DNA of 33,675 bases, taken from positions 1 to 33,675 of IMG/VR virus record IMGVR_UViG_3300020044_003982; one strand, written 5' to 3'. Numbering within the stretch: the first letter of the stretch is position 1; each line of letters starts with the position of its first letter. The position numbers and the translations under genes were made by a program. Under the pieces are notes generated by a model. That model was not told where the DNA came from. It did no database searches and saw nothing but the letters and a program-made list of their open reading frames with translations. This document shows, one piece after another, positions 8,500 to 17,259 of the stretch. This stretch comes from a virus (taxonomy: Duplodnaviria; Caudoviricetes).

Positions 8500-10134
8500 T
8501 TATGGGCCAAAGCTTCTGAAGTTGGGAGTCCTATAGTCTGGGACGCTAAAAGGGTTGGCGGGAGCATAGTTTCCTGCGCCCCTGTATGGCCCAGACCTGC
8601 GATACGAAGGCGAACTCTCAGACACTGGGGCATAGCCCCCTGTTCTTGGCTGATTGACCACCTGACCGCCGAGATTATAACCTCCAGCCGCAGCGTTAAA
8701 CGCCTCCTCATAATCGAACGAAGGAGAGTTTATTCTAGTGGCTCCGCCGTATGCGTCCATCTGATCTCTGAGCAGGTCTGTTTGCCGTCCAGCCACGTTG
8801 GTGGCAAGGCCGGTTGCGTTCAGAGCCGCTCGATTCGCTGCTGCGTTCTGCATATTGATCAGGTCAGCGGTCTGGTCTCCAATGGTGTTGTATTGGTTTT
8901 CTCCTAGGCTACTGAGCAGTCGAGATTGCTCCAAAGAAGCCCTTTCAATTTGCCCTGATAACTGCTCTCCAGCCCTTGATCGGCCTAGCGCCATTTCCTG
9001 TCCGGTGCCGTACTGCATATTCGCAATGTTCGTTCCTGTGTTCTGACCAATGTTAGACAAAGCAACACCGGCTTGGCCTTGGTAGCTCGCCATGTCTCCA
9101 CGCTGCCCAGCAATGTTCTGAGCCGTGTTCAGTCTTATGTCGCCCATCGCTCCAGCAGCTTGAAATCCTCTGCCAGACAGAAGCTCAAGGTTGTTTATTT
9201 GCTGCTGCAATCCTTTTGATGAAAGGTCTTGTCCGAATCGCTGAAGCTCTTTCTGAACATTGCCGCCACCTAGCCCACCAGTGGCCGCTGCGCCCGCAAG
9301 GTTTGCTCTCATGCCCTGCTCAAACAAGAACTTCTCATAAGGAGACTCTTGTCTGGCCTTGTTGAAGGCATCTACACCCAGTGACCCAGACAATGCCTGC
9401 TGCACCTCGAATGCTCTTGTGCCGCCGGTATAATATGGCTGAAAGTCACTAATCGCCCTGTCTGCCGCCGATTGCAGGTCAGTAATGTTGAGGCCGTAGA
9501 GATCATTGATATTCTTAAGAGAATCAGTAATATCAAGGCGAGATGAAGTCTCAGCGCCTCTCAGCGTAGCCGTAGCGTCATTAAGCCCCCTCTCTAATGA
9601 TTCCTCTGCCCCAACCAGGCCGATAGGAGTAGCGCCAGCTCTGGCTTCCCTGAATCTGGTTTGAGCTTGATCCAGCGGAATCCCAAGTGCGCGAGACACC
9701 TGCTCTGGGGATACCTGATACTGCCGCAACAGTGCAAAGTTTTCGCTGTCAGATCGACCAGGATTGGCTGCGAAATAGTCTATCAACTGCTGATCGGTTA
9801 TCTGGCCGGGAATGTATGCGGTCCTTGCGCCGGATGCTGCCGTCCCTGTGCTGGCTGCCCCTGTAACAGCAGCAGGAGTATTTGCTTGGACCTGTTGTTG
9901 AGCGCCTGTGCTGGCTACAGTACCGCCTGAAGCAGGTTGAACAGGGGCAGCTTGATAGGCCGCAGCGACATCATCGTAGGCCACCCCCTGATACTGTCCG
10001 CCATCAACATTCAGTGCTTGGAATAGAACGTCAGCCCCGACCCCATTACTCTGGGCGAGGCTCAGAATCTCATCAGGACTCAACTGAGGATTGGCCGCTA
10101 AGTATGCCGCGACTTCTTGCGCTGTGTACGCCAT
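8500..10134 (-). CDS. DNA ejection/transfer protein (gp7/gp20-like)
   Basis: ESPYEKFLFEQG...AAATGGLGGGNVQKELQRFGQDL segment typical of P22-like ejection proteins; Gly/Gln-rich. Confidence 0.7.
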   Translation of the reverse strand: MAYTAQEVAAYLAANPQLSPDEILSLAQSNGVGADVLFQALNVDGGQYQGVAYDDVAAAYQAAPVQPASGGTVASTGAQQQVQANTPAAVTGAASTGTAASGARTAYIPGQITDQQLIDYFAANPGRSDSENFALLRQYQVSPEQVSRALGIPLDQAQTRFREARAGATPIGLVGAEESLERGLNDATATLRGAETSSRLDITDSLKNINDLYGLNITDLQSAADRAISDFQPYYTGGTRAFEVQQALSGSLGVDAFNKARQESPYEKFLFEQGMRANLAGAAATGGLGGGNVQKELQRFGQDLSSKGLQQQINNLELLSGRGFQAAGAMGDIRLNTAQNIAGQRGDMASYQGQAGVALSNIGQNTGTNIANMQYGTGQEMALGRSRAGEQLSGQIERASLEQSRLLSSLGENQYNTIGDQTADLINMQNAAANRAALNATGLATNVAGRQTDLLRDQMDAYGGATRINSPSFDYEEAFNAAAGGYNLGGQVVNQPRTGGYAPVSESSPSYRRSGPYRGAGNYAPANPFSVPDYRTPNFRSFGP

Positions 10135-10137
10135 AGC

Positions 10138-10617
10138 TTACCTCTGGAACTGTCGCATCGGTTGGAATTGCTGCATCGCTGGGAACTGCTGCGCCTGTGG
10201 GTTAATCAGTCCAGCAAGAGCCGCTTGGTCAATCGGTAGAGACTGAGCAGGAGCCATCTCAGGAATGCGCCCACCAAGGATTGCCGCACGCATCGCAGGC
10301 ACTGAAGCAAGGTTCACATTCTGAGCCGCCACGTTGCCGCCCTGATAAGCCTGCATTCTAGGCATAAAGGAAGCGCCCTGCATCTGATAGGCTCGATTCA
10401 AAGCCTCCTGATTGATCTGCCCAGCCTGGCCGTAGCCACCAACCACCGTGTCTTGAGCCTGCTGGTAGGCAGGAAGAAGATTGTTGAGGTTGGTGTTAGC
10501 CATCGCCATCGAGCGTCTATTGGCCTTGCTGATGTCCTTTTTTCTGGACCTCTGTCCAAGCATATTGGCTCCCAAGCTCGCCCCTGCCGCCGCCATCGAT
10601 ACCGGGTCCATGCCCAT
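10138..10617 (-). CDS. Small ejection/pilot protein (gp7-like N-terminus)
   Basis: MGMDPVSMAAAGASLGANMLG N-terminus; RBS GAGGTGG before ATG at 10617. Confidence 0.6.
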   Translation of the reverse strand: MGMDPVSMAAAGASLGANMLGQRSRKKDISKANRRSMAMANTNLNNLLPAYQQAQDTVVGGYGQAGQINQEALNRAYQMQGASFMPRMQAYQGGNVAAQNVNLASVPAMRAAILGGRIPEMAPAQSLPIDQAALAGLINPQAQQFPAMQQFQPMRQFQR

Positions 10618-10987
10618 GATATATCCACCTCGCACTGTGTTGACTGAAGCCCAAGTTGGTTAGCATTCGTTTCAATGCCACTCGATCATCTGGAGCCGTT
10701 GTGTAAATCTGCGCCCATCCATGCTGTGCAATCCATTCTAGGAGATTGGCAAACGGTTCGCCCATCTTTGCCCGATCTCGCAGCTTGCAGCAGCCGTGAA
10801 TCTCTAGCTTTCTGCCCCTTGGAATCAACTGAACCAAAACTTTGTCATCGAGAAGTACAAGGCCGTCCATGTTGCCAATGTCATCAACGTAGAATCCCCA
10901 AGGAACACATACGCTGGAATGCTGCAAAATCTCTAACGCTCTCGCCTTGGTAGGTATCGTGACAGACTCTGGTCTGCTGGATAGCAT
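10517..10987 (-). CDS. GNAT-like virion assembly protein (P22 gp14 position)
   Basis: LEIHGCC...IYTTAP...RMLTNLGF pattern; synteny; 3' end overlaps the next gene by about 100 nt. Confidence 0.55.
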   Translation of the reverse strand: MLSSRPESVTIPTKARALEILQHSSVCVPWGFYVDDIGNMDGLVLLDDKVLVQLIPRGRKLEIHGCCKLRDRAKMGEPFANLLEWIAQHGWAQIYTTAPDDRVALKRMLTNLGFSQHSARWIYHGHGPGIDGGGRGELGSQYAWTEVQKKGHQQGQ

Positions 10988-10992
10988 TTTAC

Positions 10993-11247
10993 CTAAACGA
11001 GAATCCATCCCTGCGTCCTGTCGCCACCAATCTCAGAAAGCATCTTTCGATATTCAATTGAACCCGTAGTTCCTGTGCTGTCGATGTAGAGCTGGAACTG
11101 CCTAGCAGATACCAAGCCCTCTGGAGAACCTGTCCCAACAATCGGAATGCTCAAAGAGGCATCCAATGTCCAAGTCCTGAACGCTTGCGCCATTTTACCA
11201 GAATCATCAACGATAGGCTGTGCAACATTGAGCAACGGAGTCTTCAT
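10993..11247 (-). CDS. Short tail plug/needle protein (gp26 position)
   Basis: PIVDDSGKM..FRTW and GTGSPEG motifs; follows gp10. Confidence 0.55.
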   Translation of the reverse strand: MKTPLLNVAQPIVDDSGKMAQAFRTWTLDASLSIPIVGTGSPEGLVSARQFQLYIDSTGTTGSIEYRKMLSEIGGDRTQGWILV

Positions 11248-12683
11248 TTGCTGCCCCCGATAATCTCAGCATTTAGCTGAAGAATCACGGGCTTTACCGC
11301 ATCAGTCAAAGTGAATCTGAATATCTCAAAACGTGACGCCCTGCCGTTCTTTCTCCAGATCGCTCGACGGTTGTATTCACCGATCTTGCCAATGGCTCTG
11401 GTTCGCGCATCAGACCATGTCTTACCGTCCTTGCTTCGGTCCATCGTAATCACTGGATCGGTCACCGCAGTGTTACCAACACCAGACTCAACGGTCAATT
11501 CAATCGAAGGAACAAAGATCGCCTTGAGGTTATTCTGAAAGGGTTGGGTCGCTACTCGCCGGATGATCGTGTTGCCATACTCCGTGTAGACCAGAGGATC
11601 AATCCTGCCAATCCTGCCGTCAATAAAGTCGCCGCACAGTATCTGGTTGTAGGCTTTACAAATGGCCGTGATTCGATACTGACTCAGCTCATCATCAAGC
11701 AGTGATCGTCGTTCGTGCCATCGCTTGGATGTCAGGTCGAACACCAATGTCGTTGTTGGCAGAGTGAACCCAATGAAGTATGCCCCATTCTGTGAGTACG
11801 CCCACGAATAGATCGACTGCAACTGAGAAAGCGTCAGGTCTTGGAGAAGGTTATCAATGGGAGTGCTGCTGATCTTCGCCGTGTCGTTTCCTGACAGCGC
11901 CCAAATAGACGGACCCTCGTTCTCACCGCCACCCACGAACACAAAGGTGTCCTGTGCATTTATCAGTGAGTATGGAGAATAGACGCCCTTCTGCAAGAAC
12001 AGGCCAGTTCGCTGAAAAGGGAAGTCAGTCCCGCCGACATTCTGAAAAGCCTCAATGGTCTGAGAACCTGAGATGAATAGCTGGTTCTTGAAGACAATAG
12101 GCGCAACAGTCACATCTGGATCAGACTCAGCCGTTCCAAAGTCCAGAGCGTTGTAGCTCAGTCCGTCATTGGGAGCAGAACAAATAAACTTCTTCGTGTC
12201 GGTCGTACAGACAAAGTAGGAGTCCACAAACACAACGAACTGCGGGTTTCCATTCGCATCGAAGTCAGCGTCAGTGATCTGGGCAAAGGTGTCGGTCACA
12301 TGGTTGTAGATGAACCCATCACCGCCAGGCACCAGCACCATCAACTGAGTGCCGTTGTCGGCCATCGAGACCCTTGCCGTCCCTGTAATCGTTCCCAGAC
12401 TTGTCAGGCTGTAGCTTGCAACACCCAGTGTGATTGTCTCGACTATCTTGTAAAGGGTCTGGCCGTTCACAGTGTAGGCGATGCCGGCCATCTCGTGCAT
12501 TCCCCTGTTCTGGTTCTCAACAGTCCCAGAGGAGACAAGCTGCACCAGACCCGGAGTCCCAAAAAGGTTCTCAGGACTCAAGGCCGGAGCCTCGCTGATA
12601 TTGGGATACCAGTTCAAACACTCCTGAGCACTCAGAGGAAGTGACGGGCTTACATAGAACCCACTGGTAATTGGCAGCAGCAT
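11244..12683 (-). CDS. Packaged DNA stabilization/tail hub protein (P22 gp10 family)
   Basis: CLNWYP, LFGTPGL, VSMADNG, AESDPD, SKDGKTWS, IGKIGEY motifs. Confidence 0.9.
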   Translation of the reverse strand: MLLPITSGFYVSPSLPLSAQECLNWYPNISEAPALSPENLFGTPGLVQLVSSGTVENQNRGMHEMAGIAYTVNGQTLYKIVETITLGVASYSLTSLGTITGTARVSMADNGTQLMVLVPGGDGFIYNHVTDTFAQITDADFDANGNPQFVVFVDSYFVCTTDTKKFICSAPNDGLSYNALDFGTAESDPDVTVAPIVFKNQLFISGSQTIEAFQNVGGTDFPFQRTGLFLQKGVYSPYSLINAQDTFVFVGGGENEGPSIWALSGNDTAKISSTPIDNLLQDLTLSQLQSIYSWAYSQNGAYFIGFTLPTTTLVFDLTSKRWHERRSLLDDELSQYRITAICKAYNQILCGDFIDGRIGRIDPLVYTEYGNTIIRRVATQPFQNNLKAIFVPSIELTVESGVGNTAVTDPVITMDRSKDGKTWSDARTRAIGKIGEYNRRAIWRKNGRASRFEIFRFTLTDAVKPVILQLNAEIIGGSK

Positions 12684-13525
12684 TAGAGAGCACTCAACAG
12701 AGCATTGATGGCAATCACACTATCGGTTGTTGACTCGTTTCTTACGAAAATCTCAACGTAGTCATTCGGAGCCAGAGACAGATTTGCGAATGTCGCAATC
12801 GCCCGTGGAGCGCCAGCAGAGATCGTGTCGGTCATTTTAACTGAGGCAATGGTCCCGTTCTTCGCAATGTACACGGAGATTTTATGGTTGCTTCCAGAGG
12901 AGACATCCAATGTCACAATGGCATTGATGATATGCCTTGCCGTAGCCGCGGTGTGTGTAATCCGTCCAGCCGTTGTGCCGGTCCAGCCTGTAGAGATGTC
13001 ACCAAGTGTAAACGTGCCTGCAACCTTCACAGGGGTCGCTGTAGACGCAATCGTTGTGGCAGTAGAGTTACCAGTCATCGAGACGGCAGCGTAGCTCTCA
13101 GCGTCTGTAGAGGCTATCTCAATGGTGTTGCCAGAAGTGGTGACCTCAATGCCTGTCCCGCCTACAAGTGAGACGAATGTAGGACTCGCGTCACCAGCAT
13201 CCTGCATCAACGGTTCACCAAGGGAATCGACGGTGAAGTTGTGGGCTATCTCAATGCCGTTCTCAGCACTGACATCAAGGGAGATGCCAGCACCAGCCTC
13301 AAGGTTTCGGATATTGTTAACAGTGCCCTGAACATCCAGAACAGGAGTGCCTGTTACCGCGCCATCCTGAACAATCGTGCCGGTCACACCTAAGCCACTG
13401 ATGAAGTTGGCGTAGGTGATCTTGTAGTTGTAACCATTGTAGAAGAAGCCGAAAGAGGAGCCGGGGATAATGCTCGTCTGCGCCTCAAACTGAGATTGCC
13501 TTACACCATAACTACGCTCAACCAT
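12683..13525 (-). CDS. Putative structural fibre/accessory protein (280 aa)
   Basis: ATG at 13525 with GGAGGT RBS; LEAGAGISL/LVGGTGIEV repeats and a beta-rich C-terminus (LAPNDYVEIFV). Confidence 0.65.
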   Translation of the reverse strand: MVERSYGVRQSQFEAQTSIIPGSSFGFFYNGYNYKITYANFISGLGVTGTIVQDGAVTGTPVLDVQGTVNNIRNLEAGAGISLDVSAENGIEIAHNFTVDSLGEPLMQDAGDASPTFVSLVGGTGIEVTTSGNTIEIASTDAESYAAVSMTGNSTATTIASTATPVKVAGTFTLGDISTGWTGTTAGRITHTAATARHIINAIVTLDVSSGSNHKISVYIAKNGTIASVKMTDTISAGAPRAIATFANLSLAPNDYVEIFVRNESTTDSVIAINALLSAL

Positions 13526-14000
13526 TTGTTGATACCTCCAGAGCAATCCCGCCATTTATTTCCGTGAGAACCAGACTTTCGCTCTCTGGGTAGAAGTGCA
13601 AGCCGTTTCCGAATTGATTGTCCTCGTTGCCAGAGCCTACAGGAAGCGTTGAAGGCAGTCTGGTAGGGGTAAGCACCTGACCAAGCTGACGCATCGCCTG
13701 CATCCCCTCACGCGCCGTTGCAGCAAGCTCAGGAGTCACCACACCGCCGTAGTAGGGGACAGACTGGAAGGCCATGTTCGCAATCAGACCAGTCAATGCG
13801 CCTGGGGGAACCGTTACCTCATCAGCAAGGTTACTAACAGACGTATACCCAAGGTTGATGCCCTTGGCTGCAAGGGAAGACATATAGTTGTTCATGGCAA
13901 AGATGAAGTCCTGATACTCATCGGCCTCCAAGGGAGACTCAGAGGCTTGGACTAGAATTGCCTGAAGTGAAGCCTTCGCTACTTGCGCCACAGTCGCCAT
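13518..14000 (-). CDS. Head-tail adaptor (P22 gp4 family)
   Basis: GINLGY and LPVGSGN motifs; synteny. Confidence 0.85.
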   Translation of the reverse strand: MATVAQVAKASLQAILVQASESPLEADEYQDFIFAMNNYMSSLAAKGINLGYTSVSNLADEVTVPPGALTGLIANMAFQSVPYYGGVVTPELAATAREGMQAMRQLGQVLTPTRLPSTLPVGSGNEDNQFGNGLHFYPESESLVLTEINGGIALEVSTNG

Positions 14001-14003
14001 TGG

Positions 14004-14162
14004 TTATTCCCCCTGCTTTGGTTTTCTTCCACGCTTTGCTGGCTCTTCAGCCTTGACTGATTCCTTGCGCTTCCATCCCAGACCTTCAGCAGCAGATGCG
14101 CTTGATTCGGCCACAGAGACTTCTACACCGCTTGGTTTGATCCAGATACTTGTGCTCACCAT
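14004..14162 (-). CDS. Small basic-tailed protein (52 aa, not in ORF track)
   Basis: Hand translation MVSTSIWIKPSGVEV...GLGWKRKES...KRGRKPKQGE; fills the gap and supplies the RBS of gp4. Confidence 0.7.
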   Translation of the reverse strand: MVSTSIWIKPSGVEVSVAESSASAAEGLGWKRKESVKAEEPAKRGRKPKQGE

Positions 14163-14443
14163 TTTTCCTTTGCGGCCCAAAACGCCGCTGACATTTTGCC
14201 CTTGTTGATGTTCTCTCGATGCCTTGCCATGAATGAAGCTCTGCGCTTGCGGTCTGCTTCAGACTCGCCCTCACGCTTTGGGCTTCCAACTACGTTCTGC
14301 TGTCCAAAACGAATTGTCTTGATCTGGTCGCCTACTTTAGCGACAACAACATGGGATTTCGTGGGATGGTTCGGAGTGCGTTTCGGCTTGTTGAAGCCCT
14401 CTACGCCTACTCTCTCTAATCGCGGGTCTTTAGCTTTTGGCAT
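14156..14443 (-). CDS. Conserved basic phage protein (DUF5754-like, 95 aa)
   Basis: MPKAKDPRL start at 14443; KTIRFGQQ...RRASFMARH...KMSAAFWA..EKW motifs. Confidence 0.7.
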   Translation of the reverse strand: MPKAKDPRLERVGVEGFNKPKRTPNHPTKSHVVVAKVGDQIKTIRFGQQNVVGSPKREGESEADRKRRASFMARHRENINKGKMSAAFWAAKEKW

Positions 14444-14954
14444 CAAGTAAGCCCTTGCCGTGATTGTGACAAAAACCATAATGGTTGATTGCTTGAAGCC
14501 TAGCATCATTCGCCGCTTCTGGGGTAAGAAATGCGCCAAAGCTAATAGACTTCCCGTCAACCATCAGCCTAGCTCGCCACTTCCCTGAATCCTTTCTGTA
14601 TGACACTCCGGCATAACCGGATGTGTTTGTAACGTGTTTCTTTTGGTTTTTACCGTTGTCGCTAAACTTGACGCTTCTGAGGTTTGACCACTTGTTGTTA
14701 AGGCCGTTCCCGTCGATATGGTCTATGGTGTCGGGCTGCTCGCCCGTCATCCATATCCAGATAATTCTGTGGGCATAAACGCTTGTAAAATCTAGCGTTA
14801 CCCTTGTATAAACTTTTCCGGCATTACATTTGTGTAAGCTGCCAGCCTGCTTCTTATTCCACCTTTCGTTAGCTTTCTTCCAGCACAACAATCCTGATTC
14901 TGGATCGTAGTCAAATCTTGAGCGTATATATTCTGCGTTTAATTGAATCATCAT
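14430..14954 (-). CDS. HNH homing endonuclease with C-terminal AP2 domain
   Basis: AHRIIW...IDHIDGNGLNNKWSNLR (HNH) and NTSGYAGV...KWRARL...FGAF (AP2); RBS GGGAG before ATGATG at 14954/14951. Confidence 0.92.
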   Translation of the reverse strand: MMIQLNAEYIRSRFDYDPESGLLCWKKANERWNKKQAGSLHKCNAGKVYTRVTLDFTSVYAHRIIWIWMTGEQPDTIDHIDGNGLNNKWSNLRSVKFSDNGKNQKKHVTNTSGYAGVSYRKDSGKWRARLMVDGKSISFGAFLTPEAANDARLQAINHYGFCHNHGKGLLDAKS

Positions 14955-14981
14955 CTTCTCCCAAAGATTCCCGATTAAGTT

Positions 14982-15042
14982 AATGCGCCTTCGCATAGGT
15001 GGGAAGCCTATACTCAAGGGGGTAATTATTCCCCGGCGCATT
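14982..15042 (-). ncRNA. Predicted three-way-junction RNA leader of the HNH gene
   Basis: AAUGCGCC/GGCGCAUU closing stem enclosing the hairpins GGGG-aauaauua-CCCC and GUAUAGG-cuuccca-CCUAUGC. Confidence 0.5.
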
Positions 15043-15045
15043 TAC

Positions 15046-15054
15046 ATCATATCA
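15046..15054 (-). promoter_or_regulatory. Extended -10 promoter for the HNH-AP2 gene
   Basis: TGaTATGAT immediately after the coat stop codon. Confidence 0.5.
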
Positions 15055-15056
15055 CA

Positions 15057-16325
15057 TCAGTTGCCGAAACCCTGCCCGGACATCAGCGGGTTGAAGCAGG
15101 CATACGCAGGCAGAAGGTCGAAACGAATCTGCTGCTTGTTGGTGTCACCTGAACTGTACTTGCTGATACGGATGGACATACCGTCAGAGGTAGTCGCAAC
15201 AGTGTCAGTGGAGTACAGCTTTGGCAGCTTCACTGAACCCATACCAAAGGCTTGCTTGGCATAGAACAGGTTGGGCTGGTACAGAGTCGCACTTGAGGAC
15301 AGGATTGTGATTACAGCGCCGTTAGCAGGAGCCGCAGTCACAGTGTTGTACTGACCAGTTGCTTCGTAGATCGCAGGACCAGCAACTACCAGCGTGCCTT
15401 CACCAGACGCGCCAAGAGTAACGTCAGCAGTCACAACACCAGTCCATGCCACGTTGCCGCCAGTTGCACTCACCATCGCTTGACGGGTAGAGCAGTTCAG
15501 ACGGTTGACGTTCGCAATGGTCACCAGCTCGCCAGCCTTCACAACCATGTTCGCTTGGAACGCAGTGACGGCCAGAGACTGGGTCATTGTGTCCTTCGCA
15601 GTAACGTAGGTTGCATCAGGAGCCGCAGTCAGAGTACCAGCGCGATCCGCGCCAGTGCTTGAGGTGTAGCTTGCCAGAGTCGTTGCACTCAGCGCACGCA
15701 GGCCACCGAAGTTCGTGCTGATCTGGGCATTCTCCCAAGCAGTACGAATCAGGCTGTCAACGGAGTTCAGACCAGACTGAGCAGAGGCCAGTGTTGCCGT
15801 TGTGAACGGGTTCATCAGGTAGTAACGCTCACTTGCTGGGTTGATACCCATTGAGTCCATGAACGCACCAGCGCCTGCAACATCAGACCAAGCATCTACT
15901 GCTGTGCCGTGTGTGCCGTAACGCAGGGAAGAGTTCTTCAGCATGAAGGATGCGAAGTCCAGTTCGAGGTCGGTCACAATGCGACGAGCCATCGGAGCCA
16001 GGATGTCCTCAAGCTGGTCCAGTTGCAGAGCCTCTTCCACATTGCCCCATTCGGTAGCAGCAGTGAAGTAGTTCTGGACAGTACCAGTGGCCTTACCGGC
16101 AATGATCTCGCTCTTGGTAGACGCAGAGATGTCACCGCCAGAGGTGCGGATGGTCTTGTAGTCATGGGGACGCTTGAAGTCCACAGTGGAACCAGATGAC
16201 GGGTTGAACTTGTCAGCCAGAAGCTGAGTGTCAACAGTCTTGGTGATCACCCGTGAGTTCTCGAAAGCATCGAGGAATACACGGGCGACCTTACGGGTAA
16301 CGTTACTTCCTAAATTGTTGGGCAT
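15057..16325 (-). CDS. Major capsid protein (P22 gp5 family)
   Basis: GSTVDFKRP, NLFYAKQAFGMGSVKLPK, QQIRFDLLPAY motifs; 422 aa; follows scaffold. Confidence 0.93.
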   Translation of the reverse strand: MPNNLGSNVTRKVARVFLDAFENSRVITKTVDTQLLADKFNPSSGSTVDFKRPHDYKTIRTSGGDISASTKSEIIAGKATGTVQNYFTAATEWGNVEEALQLDQLEDILAPMARRIVTDLELDFASFMLKNSSLRYGTHGTAVDAWSDVAGAGAFMDSMGINPASERYYLMNPFTTATLASAQSGLNSVDSLIRTAWENAQISTNFGGLRALSATTLASYTSSTGADRAGTLTAAPDATYVTAKDTMTQSLAVTAFQANMVVKAGELVTIANVNRLNCSTRQAMVSATGGNVAWTGVVTADVTLGASGEGTLVVAGPAIYEATGQYNTVTAAPANGAVITILSSSATLYQPNLFYAKQAFGMGSVKLPKLYSTDTVATTSDGMSIRISKYSSGDTNKQQIRFDLLPAYACFNPLMSGQGFGN

Positions 16326-16333
16326 TTTATCAC

Positions 16334-17164
16334 CTATTCAAATGTTGCCCCCTTCGGCCCTTTCGGTTTGACCTGTGCGCTTGATGGCATTGGTCGTCGA
16401 ACGGGATCAGGAGCGTTAGTGTATTTGGGTTTCAGGGCTACAGCCTTCTGCTTGATCAACGTAGCAATCCTGACTGCGGCCATCGTTGGGTGTAAGTGTC
16501 TCAGCGCGTCCAATTCCGTGACGTTCTGGGACAGATACTTGGTGATTAGTGGACCGTGATCATCCTCAAGGATGTACTGCACCAGCGAATCATCAATTCC
16601 AAACTGACCTACAATCGAGCCTGCTGCCTGAAGCTCCTCTGCTTTCACTCCAAGGGTTTTAGCCCTCTGAGCGTAGCTTTGGACCTTCTCAACCAATACT
16701 TCCTGCTGCTTTTGCTCTGCCTCCTGAGCCAATTGCATTTGCTGCCGTTGCAACATCTGCGCCTGGGCATCATAGGCAGCAGCGGATATAAGTGCCTGCT
16801 CTCTGTGCATGATCTGCCGCTTGTATTCCTCGTCGGACAAAGCGAACGGATCGGGCAAAGCTGGCACCTGTGGCCGCGACCGAGTTTGTGGCTGCTCAAG
16901 TTCCTCTAAACGCCTTCGGAGCTGTTCGGCCTCACGCTCTTTTTCACGGAGCTTGAATACCTTCTTTCCAATTGCGTCATCGAAGACCTTTTGCTGCGCC
17001 TCGGTGAAGATCGGTTTATCGTGAGTCTCCCCACTATCCTCTGACGATTCGGAATCATCCTCGACATCTTCTTCAACGTCTGGCTGATCTTCAGCCTCCT
17101 GTGTCTCAATTGGCTCCTCGTCTTCGGGAGTGTCATCAAAATCATAGTCTGCTGGTTGCGTCAT
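16334..17164 (-). CDS. Scaffolding protein
   Basis: Acidic N-terminus, coiled coil, GPLITKYL, TNAPDPV C-terminus; upstream of coat. Confidence 0.85.
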   Translation of the reverse strand: MTQPADYDFDDTPEDEEPIETQEAEDQPDVEEDVEDDSESSEDSGETHDKPIFTEAQQKVFDDAIGKKVFKLREKEREAEQLRRRLEELEQPQTRSRPQVPALPDPFALSDEEYKRQIMHREQALISAAAYDAQAQMLQRQQMQLAQEAEQKQQEVLVEKVQSYAQRAKTLGVKAEELQAAGSIVGQFGIDDSLVQYILEDDHGPLITKYLSQNVTELDALRHLHPTMAAVRIATLIKQKAVALKPKYTNAPDPVRRPMPSSAQVKPKGPKGATFE

Positions 17165-17214
17165 AATTTGCCCTTATAGGTGAAATGCCCAGAATGGTCT
17201 GGTGGCCTGTGTAC

Positions 17215-17243
17215 AATGTAGCAGTATTGGCGAGAATCTACAA
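17215..17243 (-). promoter_or_regulatory. Sigma70-type promoter for scaffold/coat
   Basis: TTGTAG-N17-TACATT with TGn extension, in the intergenic gap. Confidence 0.6.
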
Positions 17244-17259
17244 CAAGTGGCGAAATTCG

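Noticed and set aside
8143-8907. 254-aa plus-strand ORF
   Set aside because: Antisense to two well-supported ejection genes; no motifs or RBS.
14955-15041. N-terminal extension of the HNH ORF as given in the track
   Set aside because: The SD lies before ATG 14954/14951; the extension coincides with the structured leader.
14982-15042. Active hammerhead ribozyme or group I intron around the HNH gene
   Set aside because: The catalytic CUGAnGA and UH site are absent; the flanking genes are intact, so nothing needs splicing.
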